A stretch of DNA of 64,000 nt from Candidatus Magasanikiibacteriota bacterium (GCA_046590235.1 JBKJTY010000032.1:6834-70833); one strand, 5' to 3'. Counted from the stretch's first letter, positions 29,371-38,465 are shown. Translations and numbers: made by a program. The notes: generated by a model from the sequence alone, not told the origin.

Positions 29371-29431
29371 GCGGTGACAAAGGGGGCAGCGGTCAAATAC
29401 TGACCGCTGCCTCACCCACCCCATTATATAT

Positions 29432-29908
29432 ATGCAAACAATTCATATTATCGTCGTCGGAAAATTAAAAGAATCATATTGGAAAGAAGCTGAAGCTGAA
29501 TACCTCAAACGCTTACAGCCTTTTTGTAATGTTATCCTTCACGAACTCCGCGAAGAATCATTTAACGAAAAAGATCCTGTTGACCTCGTCAAAGAAAAAG
29601 AAGCTGAAAAAATTTTTGAAAAATTAGACGCCCTCAAACCAGCACTTGTGATCGCACTTGAAGAAAAGGGTAAATTATTCTCTTCTCCTGATTTTGCAAA
29701 AACATTTAAGAGTTGGCACGACGAAAACCACTCAATCGCGTTAATAATCGGCGGTCCACTCGGCATCCACCAAACTATTCGTGATCGAGCGCAAAAAACC
29801 CTCTCACTTTCTCCTCTTACTTTTACCCACCAAATGACCCGTGTTATCTTGCTGGAACAATTGTATCGTGCTATGATGATCAGCGGCAATCGACGTTACC
29901 ACTATTGA
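29432..29908 (+). CDS. rlmH: 23S rRNA (pseudouridine1915-N3)-methyltransferase RlmH (SPOUT)
   Basis: 158 aa, YbeA/RlmH-like sequence, ALIIGGPLG motif. Confidence 0.8.
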   Translation: MQTIHIIVVGKLKESYWKEAEAEYLKRLQPFCNVILHELREESFNEKDPVDLVKEKEAEKIFEKLDALKPALVIALEEKGKLFSSPDFAKTFKSWHDENHSIALIIGGPLGIHQTIRDRAQKTLSLSPLTFTHQMTRVILLEQLYRAMMISGNRRYHY

Positions 29909-29933
29909 CAAAAAGTAATAAAAGGTGTATACA
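29905..29933 (+). promoter_or_regulatory. sigma70 promoter aTTGACAaaaag-17-TATACA for islet 4
   Basis: ttgacaaaaagtaataaaaggtgtataca overlapping rlmH stop. Confidence 0.5.
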
Positions 29934-30011
29934 TGAACGTTTTGGCTTGAAGCTTTAGGGCTTTAGACCGGAACCGTTCACAACCACTTACCTGACCCTT
30001 GGAGGGCCGTC

Positions 30012-30488
30012 ATGCCGAAAAATTTTCGTTTGGTTACGACCGGCACTTTCATCTCTGGAGGAGTACTTCCGCGAGAAAAGATCAAGCTCGAAAAACTTCG
30101 CAAGTTCATTCTCCATGTGACGACATGGCTCTATGGCGGAGGCGCTCGTCACTACGAAATCGTCAAAGTGCTTTGCGGAGGAGTAGTGCGGGGCAGCACA
30201 TGTATTCTGCTCGGCAACATCAGGGCACCTTCGAACGTCATGGACCAGATGAGTTGTGATACTCTCTTGAAGATGCTCGATATGCTGCCCCACGACAAGG
30301 CCGTTGTGGTCGCAGACAGCGAGGTGTTCGAAGCGCTCGGCTACAAGCTTCAGCAGCTTTCGATCTACGAGATGACTCAACTCGCCGACGGCAAGTACGA
30401 TTTCACACCACTCGCCCTGAACGGTGAAGAGGTCAAGAAACCCAAACCCACTAGCAAAAGGAGGCAGAAGAAGCAGCGAGTGGCGTAA
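30012..30488 (+). CDS. Hypothetical basic-tailed protein (islet 4)
   Basis: 158 aa, GGAGGG SD 5 nt upstream, GC-rich, C-terminal KKPKPTSKRRQKKQR tail; preferred over overlapping minus-strand ORF. Confidence 0.6.
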   Translation: MPKNFRLVTTGTFISGGVLPREKIKLEKLRKFILHVTTWLYGGGARHYEIVKVLCGGVVRGSTCILLGNIRAPSNVMDQMSCDTLLKMLDMLPHDKAVVVADSEVFEALGYKLQQLSIYEMTQLADGKYDFTPLALNGEEVKKPKPTSKRRQKKQRVA

Positions 30489-30503
30489 TACCGGGTACAA
30501 TCG

Positions 30504-30543
30504 CCCCGGCTGTGCATTATGCGCAGCCGGGGCTTCTACTTTA
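30504..30543 (+). terminator. Terminator after islet 4
   Basis: ccccggctgtgcattatgcgcagccgggg followed by cttctacttt. Confidence 0.55.
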
Positions 30544-30602
30544 TATAAGCATTTACAAAGGGAACGTGTTCCAGTACACTATCCACGAATCTATTTTTTC
30601 TT

Positions 30603-31586
30603 ATGCAACCAGCTGTTATCGTTTCAGGTATCCAACCAACCGGCAATCTCCATATTGGCAACTATTTAGGTGCTGTCCAAAATTGGGTTAGCCTTCAAAA
30701 AAGCAGTAAATATAAATTATTTATTTTTATTGCCGACCTCCACTCTTTGACTGGCGACATGACTGCTGAACAACGCCGCAAACAAGTCATGACTACCGCT
30801 GCCGAACTTATTGCTGCAGGTATCAACCCAGAACAAGCAACTTTTTTTGTACAATCACACGTTCCAGAACACACTGAATTGGCTTGGGTTTTTAATACTC
30901 TGACTCCAGTTACAGAACTCTACCGCATGACTCAATTCAAAGATAAGTCTGAACGCCAGGAAAAAAATATTAATACTGGCCTTCTTACCTATCCAGTTTT
31001 GCAATCTGCTGATATTCTTTTATACCGCGCTACGCAAGTACCAATTGGACAAGATCAGGTACAGCATCTTGAACTCACACGCGATGCCGCTCGCTGGTTT
31101 AATAACAAGTACGGCGAATACTTTAAAGAAGTAAAACCACTACTCACCGAAGTACCAAAAGTGATGAGCTTACTTGAGCCGACCAAAAAAATGAGCAAGA
31201 GTCTTGGACAAGGTCATGTTATCGAACTTGCCGATGAACCAAGTGTCATTTTGAGTAAGATTAAAAAAGCCGTAACCGCTTCTGAAGGCGGCGAAGGTGC
31301 GCCTGGTGTTCAAAATCTCATCATGCTTCTTAAACAATTCGCCGGCAAAGAACAGCAAGCAAAATATATCGCTGCTGAAAAAGATGGTAGCATCCGCTAT
31401 GGTGAATTGAAAGAAACATTAGCAACTGCAATTAGTGCACACTTTGCTGATTTCCGTGCCAAACGCGCAGAACTTTTGGCTGACACTACTAAGCTTGAAA
31501 GTATTTTGGCCGAAGGTGCAGCGACAGCAAAAGAAACAGCTTCACAAACATTAGCTGAAGTCTATAAACTTGTTGGTTTGCGCTAA
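30603..31586 (+). CDS. trpS: Tryptophan--tRNA ligase
   Basis: class I HIGH-type motif (TGNLHIGNY) and KMSKS, 327 aa. Confidence 0.92.
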   Translation: MQPAVIVSGIQPTGNLHIGNYLGAVQNWVSLQKSSKYKLFIFIADLHSLTGDMTAEQRRKQVMTTAAELIAAGINPEQATFFVQSHVPEHTELAWVFNTLTPVTELYRMTQFKDKSERQEKNINTGLLTYPVLQSADILLYRATQVPIGQDQVQHLELTRDAARWFNNKYGEYFKEVKPLLTEVPKVMSLLEPTKKMSKSLGQGHVIELADEPSVILSKIKKAVTASEGGEGAPGVQNLIMLLKQFAGKEQQAKYIAAEKDGSIRYGELKETLATAISAHFADFRAKRAELLADTTKLESILAEGAATAKETASQTLAEVYKLVGLR

Positions 31587-31669
31587 TACTTTGGTTACTT
31601 GCCGTAAAGTCATCCGTTATATACAATATACTCATTCTCCTGCTACGGGAGTTATAACTTATATCATGT

Positions 31670-32044
31670 ATGGAACAAGACGCTTCAAAATCTACCATCG
31701 CGACAGTTATTAAATACTTATATTATTACATCGTATCAATCGTGGCGTTGTTCATGATCGTCTTCTCAGTTGTTGATATGGTGAATCTCGGTCTTAGGAC
31801 TTTCATCTTCCCTAAAGCTGATCATAATTTTTACGGTTATTACGGCACTTGCCCTGTCGCTGTTGACGCTAGCTCAACCAAACCAGATCCAAACTGCCTC
31901 TCCAGAGAACAACAAGAAAAGATTGATCGCGATAACTCTGTTTCACAAAAGCAAAAAGATTTAGTTCGTGATATTTCATTTATTCTCGTTGCTGTACCGT
32001 TGTTCGCCTACCATTGGCGTATCATCCGTAGACGCGACATGTAA
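31670..32044 (+). CDS. Hypothetical membrane protein
   Basis: 124 aa, two hydrophobic helices. Confidence 0.55.
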   Translation: MEQDASKSTIATVIKYLYYYIVSIVALFMIVFSVVDMVNLGLRTFIFPKADHNFYGYYGTCPVAVDASSTKPDPNCLSREQQEKIDRDNSVSQKQKDLVRDISFILVAVPLFAYHWRIIRRRDM

Positions 32045-32047
32045 ATT

Positions 32048-32368
32048 ATGAAAAAAGAATCTCCACAGTTATCTTTTGGCGCAGAAGCAAAGCCGCTCAA
32101 TAAAAAAGAAGTTCGAGATAAATTAAAAAACGAGTATCGTCGTGAAAAAATACTTTTGGACAAGATCTTCCTGTCCGAGGTGAAAAACGACTCCCTGAAA
32201 CAAAAGGTATACCTGCTCAGCTCCGCGAAGGACAAGGACTTGTTATCGACACCCCAAATGACGGGCTCGACGACGAGCCGTCCCTGCCAGCAGGCGCCGA
32301 ATGGAAACATAAACGACAATAAAAAATATCAAAACCCGACTCCTGTAGGCGGGTTTTTTTGTTGGTAA
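32048..32368 (+). CDS. Hypothetical small protein (doubtful)
   Basis: ORF reads through a terminator-like hairpin (32331-32362) and has a GC-shifted 3' half. Confidence 0.25.
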   Translation: MKKESPQLSFGAEAKPLNKKEVRDKLKNEYRREKILLDKIFLSEVKNDSLKQKVYLLSSAKDKDLLSTPQMTGSTTSRPCQQAPNGNINDNKKYQNPTPVGGFFCW

Positions 32369-32511
32369 TACACAACCTACTTAAACGTCGCATATAGCAT
32401 CGCTTTTACCATTTTGGCTGACCCTAGACAAAACATTTTGGCTATGCCCACAATATAGTATGGGTCGAGTTATTAGCCTGTAAGAACATCATCTACTAAC
32501 CGTCTACTACT

Positions 32512-33030
32512 ATGCAACAACCTGCTGACGCCATTCGCCAAGCCTTTTTGGAGGCTTACGACAAGCATAGCGATGCTATTTTTAAACACTGCTATTTTCG
32601 GTTATTTAACCGTGAACGAGCTAAAGAGATTATGCAGGATACCTTTATGCGTGCCTGGGAGCAGATGAAGAAAGGCACGGAAATCCTGAATGTTAAGGCT
32701 TTTTTGTACCGAATTGCTACCAATCTGATTATTGACGATACGCGCAAGAAGAAAATGGGCTCACTAGATCAGTTGCAAGAACAGGGATTTAACCCATCAG
32801 TTGCCGACGACCGCGAAAATATTATGAACCGCATGGAAGGCCAGCGGCTAAAGGAAATTATTCAACACATTGATGAGAAATACAGCTCTGTTATTCTACT
32901 CCGCTATGTCAACGATCTCAGTATTAAAGAGATTGCGGAACAGCTCGGGGTGACGGAAAACGTAGTTTCTGTGCGTATTCATCGTGGACTTAAAGAAGTT
33001 AAAAAATTAGTATCATATGCGAACGACTAG
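32512..33030 (+). CDS. RNA polymerase sigma factor, ECF (sigma-70 regions 2 and 4)
   Basis: FLYRIATNLIIDDTRKK region 2 and LSIKEIAEQLGVTENVVSVRIHRG region 4 HTH. Confidence 0.85.
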   Translation: MQQPADAIRQAFLEAYDKHSDAIFKHCYFRLFNRERAKEIMQDTFMRAWEQMKKGTEILNVKAFLYRIATNLIIDDTRKKKMGSLDQLQEQGFNPSVADDRENIMNRMEGQRLKEIIQHIDEKYSSVILLRYVNDLSIKEIAEQLGVTENVVSVRIHRGLKEVKKLVSYAND

Positions 33031-33202
33031 ACCAGACTTCCTGAATGACCTTCAGCGAGTCAAAGAGCAAGCCACCTTGTCTGTCCTTGAGAAAGAACAG
33101 ATCAAACAGGCGCTTATCTCTACAATGCAGGCACCGCCGGAAGAATCAATTCCGTTCACCATCGCAACGGACAAACCTTCTCCAGCTGGAACTGCTTCAT
33201 AA
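33017..33202 (+). CDS. Small ORF overlapping sigma-factor stop (possible anti-sigma-like partner)
   Basis: 61 aa, translationally coupled position; no TM; function not supported by sequence. Confidence 0.3.
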   Translation: MRTTRPDFLNDLQRVKEQATLSVLEKEQIKQALISTMQAPPEESIPFTIATDKPSPAGTAS

Positions 33203-33207
33203 CATGA

Positions 33208-33235
33208 AACCCGCCATTGTGCGGGTTTTTTGTTT
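33208..33235 (+). terminator. Rho-independent terminator
   Basis: aaacccgccattgtgcgggtttttt. Confidence 0.7.
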
Positions 33236-33253
33236 ATCCTTAGCCTATCTATT

Positions 33254-33282
33254 GACATTTATGCTGTTTTTAGCTACACTGA
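33254..33282 (+). promoter_or_regulatory. sigma70 promoter TTGACA-17-TACACT upstream of rplA
   Basis: ttgacatttatgctgtttttagctacact. Confidence 0.5.
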
Positions 33283-33349
33283 GGCTACTTAAATAACGGT
33301 GGGACCTTGAAACATTCAGGGGTTATTACCACTAACATACCATACCAGT

Positions 33350-34033
33350 ATGTCCAAACGAATGGTTGCCCTCAAGGCAAAAGTAGACAAAAATAAAGTC
33401 TACGCAATTGACGAAGCTGTTAAGCTCGCCAAGGAAACTAGTGGCGTTAAATTTGACGCTTCTATCGAAATCCACGCTAACTTGGGTATTGATCCTAAGA
33501 AAGGTGAACAGCAAATCCGCGCTACTGTTTCAATGCCTAACGGCACTGGCAAGAGCAAAGTTATCGCTGCTTTCGTTGCTCCTGAAAAAGAAAAAGAAGC
33601 AAAAGATGCAGGTGCTGACTTCGTTTATGGCGAAGAAGAAATCAAGAAAATCAAAGACACTGGCAAATTCAACTTTGAAATTGCAGTGACTACTCCAGAC
33701 ATGATGCCTAAAATGGCCGGCGTTGCGAAAGTGCTCGGTCCAAAAGGTCTCATGCCTAACCCAAAGACTGAAACTGTTTCTCCAAACCTCACTAAGATGA
33801 TTACTGAGTTGAAGAAAGGTAAAATCACTTTCAAAAACGATGATACATCTAACGTGCACGTTTCTGTTGGTAAAGTAAGTTTCACAGAAGCACAGCTCAA
33901 AGAAAATGTAGTAACATTTGTTGAAGCGTTGAAGAAAGCAAAACCAGGCACTTCAAAGGGTACTTTCATCAAATCATTGACCCTCAAAACAGCTATGGGT
34001 CCTGCAATCCGCCTCTCTTCCGAAACTGTCTAA
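33350..34033 (+). CDS. rplA: 50S ribosomal protein L1
   Basis: 227 aa typical L1; stands alone (no rplK/rplJ adjacent). Confidence 0.93.
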   Translation: MSKRMVALKAKVDKNKVYAIDEAVKLAKETSGVKFDASIEIHANLGIDPKKGEQQIRATVSMPNGTGKSKVIAAFVAPEKEKEAKDAGADFVYGEEEIKKIKDTGKFNFEIAVTTPDMMPKMAGVAKVLGPKGLMPNPKTETVSPNLTKMITELKKGKITFKNDDTSNVHVSVGKVSFTEAQLKENVVTFVEALKKAKPGTSKGTFIKSLTLKTAMGPAIRLSSETV

Positions 34034-34049
34034 TCTCAGAAGATTTAAA

Positions 34050-34079
34050 AAAACTCCGAGTAATCGGAGTTTTTTATTT
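34050..34079 (+). terminator. Rho-independent terminator after rplA
   Basis: aaaactccgagtaatcggagtttttt. Confidence 0.7.
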
Positions 34080-34095
34080 GTTATTTTTCTGACCG

Positions 34096-34133
34096 CTCTC
34101 GCTTAATCTACAGAAAAATAGACTAAGCGAGAG
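34096..34133. repeat. 15-bp-stem near-perfect hairpin
   Basis: ctctcgcttaatcta-cagaaaaa-tagactaagcgagag. Confidence 0.5.
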
Positions 34134-34180
34134 TCGAGCGGCCAGAAATGCACCGCGCAACGCTCGTTACCAAGTAAAGT

Positions 34181-34630
34181 TTATACCATGCGCACACCAC
34201 CACCCTCATTTTCCCTGAGCTGACGGAGGCGTGCTTCCTCCGCCTTTCGCTCCTCCTTTCTACGGCGTTCACGATACTGCCTATATTTCATCCGAATGAG
34301 TTCCGCCGGAACAATAATCGGCCACAGGGCAGCATACATAACGCAAAAGCAGATGAAAAGCCCTAACACCACAAAAACATCCAACGGATCAGCAAAAAAT
34401 TCCTCGCAGAAATCATAGATCTTATCACCTGCCGGCTTAACGATGTCCGGAGTGAACCACATCTCCTTGCTTTGCCCAGCATAAACGATCCAGCTTACGC
34501 CTGGCGACAAGTAGCCGATGACAGCAAAGATATAAATTAACGTTAGCATGCGACATGTCCTTCCTGAGGTTTCCCCCAGGCGATAAAAGCCGGGATCATT
34601 CCCAGACCGCAATAATTTAGCATTAACCAT
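34181..34630 (-). CDS. Hypothetical membrane protein, GC-rich (start uncertain, possibly ATG 34549)
   Basis: 149 aa ORF, two TM helices, Arg/Glu-rich tail; composition resembles the islets. Confidence 0.45.
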   Translation of the reverse strand: MVNAKLLRSGNDPGFYRLGETSGRTCRMLTLIYIFAVIGYLSPGVSWIVYAGQSKEMWFTPDIVKPAGDKIYDFCEEFFADPLDVFVVLGLFICFCVMYAALWPIIVPAELIRMKYRQYRERRRKEERKAEEARLRQLRENEGGGVRMV

Positions 34631-34697
34631 TGCTTTTGTCCACCGTTTGACACCCCCTTCTCTTCTGCTATACTAGCCACAATTAATCTTTCCTTCT

Positions 34698-35183
34698 ATG
34701 CAGCAAGCTCGAACGAATGCGATATCTTGGGATGAATGTTTTATGCGTATGGCACACGTCATCGCTGAACGCTCTAAAGATCCAACTACACAAGTTGGTG
34801 CGGTTATCGCTGACCAAAATAACATCGTTGTCGCCTTAGGGTACAATGGTTTCCCTCGTGGCATAGCCGACGGAACACTTCCTTGGGAACGAGAAGGTAA
34901 TTTCCTGGATACTAAATACGCTTATATCTGCCATGCTGAAGAAAATGCTATTTATAACTCCAATAATAAAACATACGACTGTAAAATCTACAGCACCCTC
35001 TTCCCTTGTAATGAATGCGCAAAGACACTAATCCAGAATGGTATTACAGAGGTTATTTACGAAAATGATAAATACCGCGATACCGATTCGTGTATCGCTT
35101 CTCGACGCTTGTTTGCTGCTGCCGGAATTAACGTCCGTCAATATGTGAGTGATTGGACAAAAGAATCTGTTACTGTTAAATAA
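34698..35183 (+). CDS. dCMP deaminase (CMP/dCMP deaminase zinc-binding family)
   Basis: HAEENA and PCNECA zinc-ligand motifs. Confidence 0.85.
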   Translation: MQQARTNAISWDECFMRMAHVIAERSKDPTTQVGAVIADQNNIVVALGYNGFPRGIADGTLPWEREGNFLDTKYAYICHAEENAIYNSNNKTYDCKIYSTLFPCNECAKTLIQNGITEVIYENDKYRDTDSCIASRRLFAAAGINVRQYVSDWTKESVTVK

Positions 35184-35185
35184 CT

Positions 35186-35740
35186 ATGCAAAAAATTATT
35201 TTTGGATTTACTGGGTTGTTGGCTAGCGGTAAAGGAACTGTCGCAAAATACTTTGAAGAAAAGTACCAGGCTAAGAGTTTTCGGTATTCTACTATTCTTC
35301 GTGATTTAAGTAATCGTATTTATCTCGAAGAATCGCGCGATAACCTTATTAAGATGTCTGAAACGATTCGAACCACTTTTGGTGAAGATATTTTGGCCAA
35401 AGCAATCGCTGGTGATGCTGCAAAATCTAATAACGAATTAATTATCGTAGAGGGCATTCGCCGCATGGCAGATATTGAACATCTTAGTCGCTTACCAAAT
35501 TTTGTTCTAGTAGAAATATGTGCCGATCCAAAAATTCGCTTTGAACGAATGGTGAAACGCAACGAAAATAAGGGTGACGCTGAAAAAACCTACGAACAAT
35601 TTTTAGCAGACCACCAACGTTCAACTGAATTAACTATTCCTGAAGTTATTTCCCACGCTACAGAACATATCGACAATAACGGAACTGTAAAACAGCTCTA
35701 TCAATCGCTTGAATTACTCCTCAACCGCCATAAAAACTAG
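35186..35740 (+). CDS. P-loop NTPase, putative nucleotide/deoxynucleotide kinase
   Basis: FGFTGLLASGKGTV Walker A at N-terminus, 184 aa, sits in dTTP-synthesis cluster. Confidence 0.5.
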   Translation: MQKIIFGFTGLLASGKGTVAKYFEEKYQAKSFRYSTILRDLSNRIYLEESRDNLIKMSETIRTTFGEDILAKAIAGDAAKSNNELIIVEGIRRMADIEHLSRLPNFVLVEICADPKIRFERMVKRNENKGDAEKTYEQFLADHQRSTELTIPEVISHATEHIDNNGTVKQLYQSLELLLNRHKN

Positions 35741-35766
35741 ACTCTGCTCGCAGAGTCTTTTTTATT
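35739..35766 (+). terminator. Rho-independent terminator
   Basis: agactctgctcgcagagtcttttttatt. Confidence 0.7.
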
Positions 35767-35797
35767 ATGGTATACTAGTACAATATAACTTGTTTTT

Positions 35798-35971
35798 ATG
35801 AAAAAAAATACTTACAAACAATTTTTAAAGGCTATCCAATCTGAAGCGGATGAACTCTATATGCACTACGTCAAAAAAATGAAGGTGCTCGATAAAAAAG
35901 CGCATGCCATGCTTGAAGAAGTTGAAAGTAAAAAAGTAGCTGCCTTACGCAATAAGATCAAAAAGATATAA
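35798..35971 (+). CDS. Small hypothetical protein (57 aa, below ORF-track cutoff)
   Basis: atg at 35798 right after TATACT -10; MKKNTYKQFLKAIQSEADELYMHYVKKMKVLDKKAHAMLEEVESKKVAALRNKIKKI. Confidence 0.3.
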   Translation: MKKNTYKQFLKAIQSEADELYMHYVKKMKVLDKKAHAMLEEVESKKVAALRNKIKKI

Positions 35972-35981
35972 ATAGCCCCGT

Positions 35982-37424
35982 ATGACTAAACAACGGCCAG
36001 AGATTTCACTAGACCACAGCGAAGTAATTCCGTTTGAATCACCTACAGAGTCACATACTGACTTAGCACACGAGGTGAATCATCATTTAAACGCCAATGA
36101 ATCGGCGGCTGTTGGCTTACACGAACGAGCACTTAGCGCCATCAATAAACTCTCAAAAATGAAAGAAAGTGGTGACTTTGAGAATGGTGACAAATTGAAA
36201 GAAATTGAAGAAGAAATTGATAGTTTACTTGCTGAATTCAAGGCAAAAAATGCTGAACTTAACCGCAAGGTTGAAGTTGCTGAAACTCGTTTTAACGATG
36301 AGCCAGATGAAGCGATTGCCAATGAAGCTATCTTAAAAGAAGAAGAAGAATCATACGATGAGCCAAAGGATGCCGATAACATTGAAGCTTTTAGCTCTAA
36401 AAAGGAACTTGAAAATAAATTGGTTGATGAGGCAATGAAAGACTACCGCACTAAACGCACAGCTTCTGGTCGCGTACGACTCGAAAAATCTCTCGTCGAA
36501 CGAACAGAGCGTAAAAAGGCTGGCAAATCTTTTGATATTAACGTTGGCAAATTTAACAAAGAAATAGCTGAACACCACAAAAAGAAGCTGGCTGCTAAAA
36601 AAGCTTCTGACGTACCATGGAAAACTGATGACACGCTTATAACAAAAGACGCGTCACATGACGGTATGAGCGTAAGTGAAGCTGCGGCCCTTTATGAAGA
36701 TACTGACAGCACCTGGTCAAAAGCTCTATCTTCAAAGGATGTACCATGGGATACTGAAGAAAATACGAAGCCTGAAGCGTCGGTTTCAAAGACGCGCAAT
36801 AAAGCCGAAAAAGCTGACGACGAAAATGGTTTCACTGCTTACGGAGATGATTTCCAACAGCTCCCAAGCGCAAAAGAGAGATTTAAGGGATCTGCCTCAG
36901 AGAAAGCGGTAACTCCTACTCCTACCAAAAAAGAACGCACTGCATCCGCTGAAGAAATTCGTAAAGCTGAGATAGCCCTTGAGAAGAAAGAACAAGCCGC
37001 ACGCAAGACAGAACAGTCTATTATCGAAAACCTGCGTGGTCAAGATGTAAATACGATTAATTTCAAAGATAAAAAAGTTAAGAACGCTTTGGTTGATATT
37101 TTGCTTGAATATGACCATGTGTACCACCAGAGCCTTTCCAAGGCTATGCAGGAAGAAGGTACGCTTAACCCAAGAAACCCAGAGGCAATTGAAGCCGCAA
37201 TGACCGATTCTATCGAAACATTGATGGGTCGAGGTGTAGACTACAAACTGGCAGATGCTGCGATTCAGCATTATGGTGTTGCTACCGATTATTTCCCAAA
37301 AAGTGAATCTGAATACTCGCACTATTCATCCGCAGTTGAGGAGCGTACGCCTAAACCTCCAAAAAAGGAGAAAAAACCTGGCATTATAGCTAGATTCTTC
37401 AATAAACTGCTTGGCAAAGAATAG
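35982..37424 (+). CDS. Hypothetical Lys/Glu-rich, probably coiled-coil or disordered protein
   Basis: 480 aa low-complexity sequence, no catalytic motif recognised. Confidence 0.6.
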   Translation: MTKQRPEISLDHSEVIPFESPTESHTDLAHEVNHHLNANESAAVGLHERALSAINKLSKMKESGDFENGDKLKEIEEEIDSLLAEFKAKNAELNRKVEVAETRFNDEPDEAIANEAILKEEEESYDEPKDADNIEAFSSKKELENKLVDEAMKDYRTKRTASGRVRLEKSLVERTERKKAGKSFDINVGKFNKEIAEHHKKKLAAKKASDVPWKTDDTLITKDASHDGMSVSEAAALYEDTDSTWSKALSSKDVPWDTEENTKPEASVSKTRNKAEKADDENGFTAYGDDFQQLPSAKERFKGSASEKAVTPTPTKKERTASAEEIRKAEIALEKKEQAARKTEQSIIENLRGQDVNTINFKDKKVKNALVDILLEYDHVYHQSLSKAMQEEGTLNPRNPEAIEAAMTDSIETLMGRGVDYKLADAAIQHYGVATDYFPKSESEYSHYSSAVEERTPKPPKKEKKPGIIARFFNKLLGKE

Positions 37425-37522
37425 TATTTAAAAACTCTCCCGCTCGGGAGAGTTTTTGCTTTTTAAAGCATTTGGCAAACAGACACTTTTTTGCTACCAT
37501 GGGTTGAACTTAACTACCCTCT

Positions 37523-37945
37523 ATGAACGTTACTATAAAACGTATTGATACCTCTCTCCCCCTTCCGGAATACCAGACTCCAGGCGCTGTGGCTTTTGAT
37601 CTTATTACCCGCGAAACAACGGTTGTCCCTGCCCGTGGCATTGGTCGTGTTCCAAGTAACGTTGTAGTGAAAATTCCAACCGGCTACATGCTTCTCCTCC
37701 GCGATCGTTCGAGTACTTCCAAAAAGAAGGGTCTTTTTTGCACTGCCGGTGTTATTGACCAGGACTATTGTGGTGAAAATGATGAATTACTGGTCCAATA
37801 CTTCAATTTTACCGACGCTGATGTTATAGTTGAACGTGGCGAGCGTTTAGCGCAGGCTATTTTTATTAAAATAGAAAAAGCTGAGTGGAATGAAGCGCTT
37901 ACTATGACCACCCCGAGTCGTGGCGGCTTTGGAACTACAGGCTAA
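37523..37945 (+). CDS. dut: dUTP diphosphatase (trimeric dUTPase)
   Basis: dUTPase motifs GAVAFDL, RSSTS, GVIDQDYCGE, C-terminal RGGFGTTG. Confidence 0.85.
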   Translation: MNVTIKRIDTSLPLPEYQTPGAVAFDLITRETTVVPARGIGRVPSNVVVKIPTGYMLLLRDRSSTSKKKGLFCTAGVIDQDYCGENDELLVQYFNFTDADVIVERGERLAQAIFIKIEKAEWNEALTMTTPSRGGFGTTG

Positions 37946-37949
37946 CTCT

Positions 37950-38450
37950 ATGGAAAATCTTCAATACAACCCACTCGAAGCACGTAAATCCGTTGAAAAG
38001 ACGGATATTCCTGATTTACCATCAGAAATTATTATCACCGAAGATTCACTGAAGAAACATGACACGGTAGAAGGACCTGAAAGTCATAAAGATATCATGG
38101 TTGATTATAATAGCCTTTCAGATGCTTCAAAGGAGCTGAATAATAAGTTTATGTACTTGTTGTCAAAAGGACGACCGGGTGGAATGGGTGTACAAGAAGC
38201 TATCTTTAAGTTTGGTATAGAACATACAATTCCTAATGATTTAAAACAGTTTATTTCAAAGACGTACGGAGACACCGAATTTCCCGAAGTCCCGGGGGCA
38301 GCTCTCTTTGCTAAAAAGCTTGATGAAAGGACGATAGCACTAAGAACAAGACAAATTTTGGACTCTGAATTCCATACACCTGAAGTAGAGCCCCCGCCAC
38401 CGACCGCTTGGCAGAAATTTAAAAACAAACTACCGAAAATTTTTAAGTAG
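37950..38450 (+). CDS. Hypothetical protein
   Basis: start at MENLQYNPL just after dut stop; no domain recognised. Confidence 0.5.
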   Translation: MENLQYNPLEARKSVEKTDIPDLPSEIIITEDSLKKHDTVEGPESHKDIMVDYNSLSDASKELNNKFMYLLSKGRPGGMGVQEAIFKFGIEHTIPNDLKQFISKTYGDTEFPEVPGAALFAKKLDERTIALRTRQILDSEFHTPEVEPPPPTAWQKFKNKLPKIFK

Positions 38451-38465
38451 ATATTATCCTAAGCT

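Noticed and set aside
29988-30500. Minus-strand 170-aa ORF
   Set aside because: No promoter/SD, His/Arg-rich non-protein-like sequence; the plus-strand ORF 30012-30488 has full expression signals
32008-32319. Minus-strand 103-aa ORF
   Set aside because: Overlaps the end of a membrane-protein gene and a plus-strand terminator; no signals
33625-33987. Minus-strand ORFs inside rplA
   Set aside because: Antisense shadows of rplA
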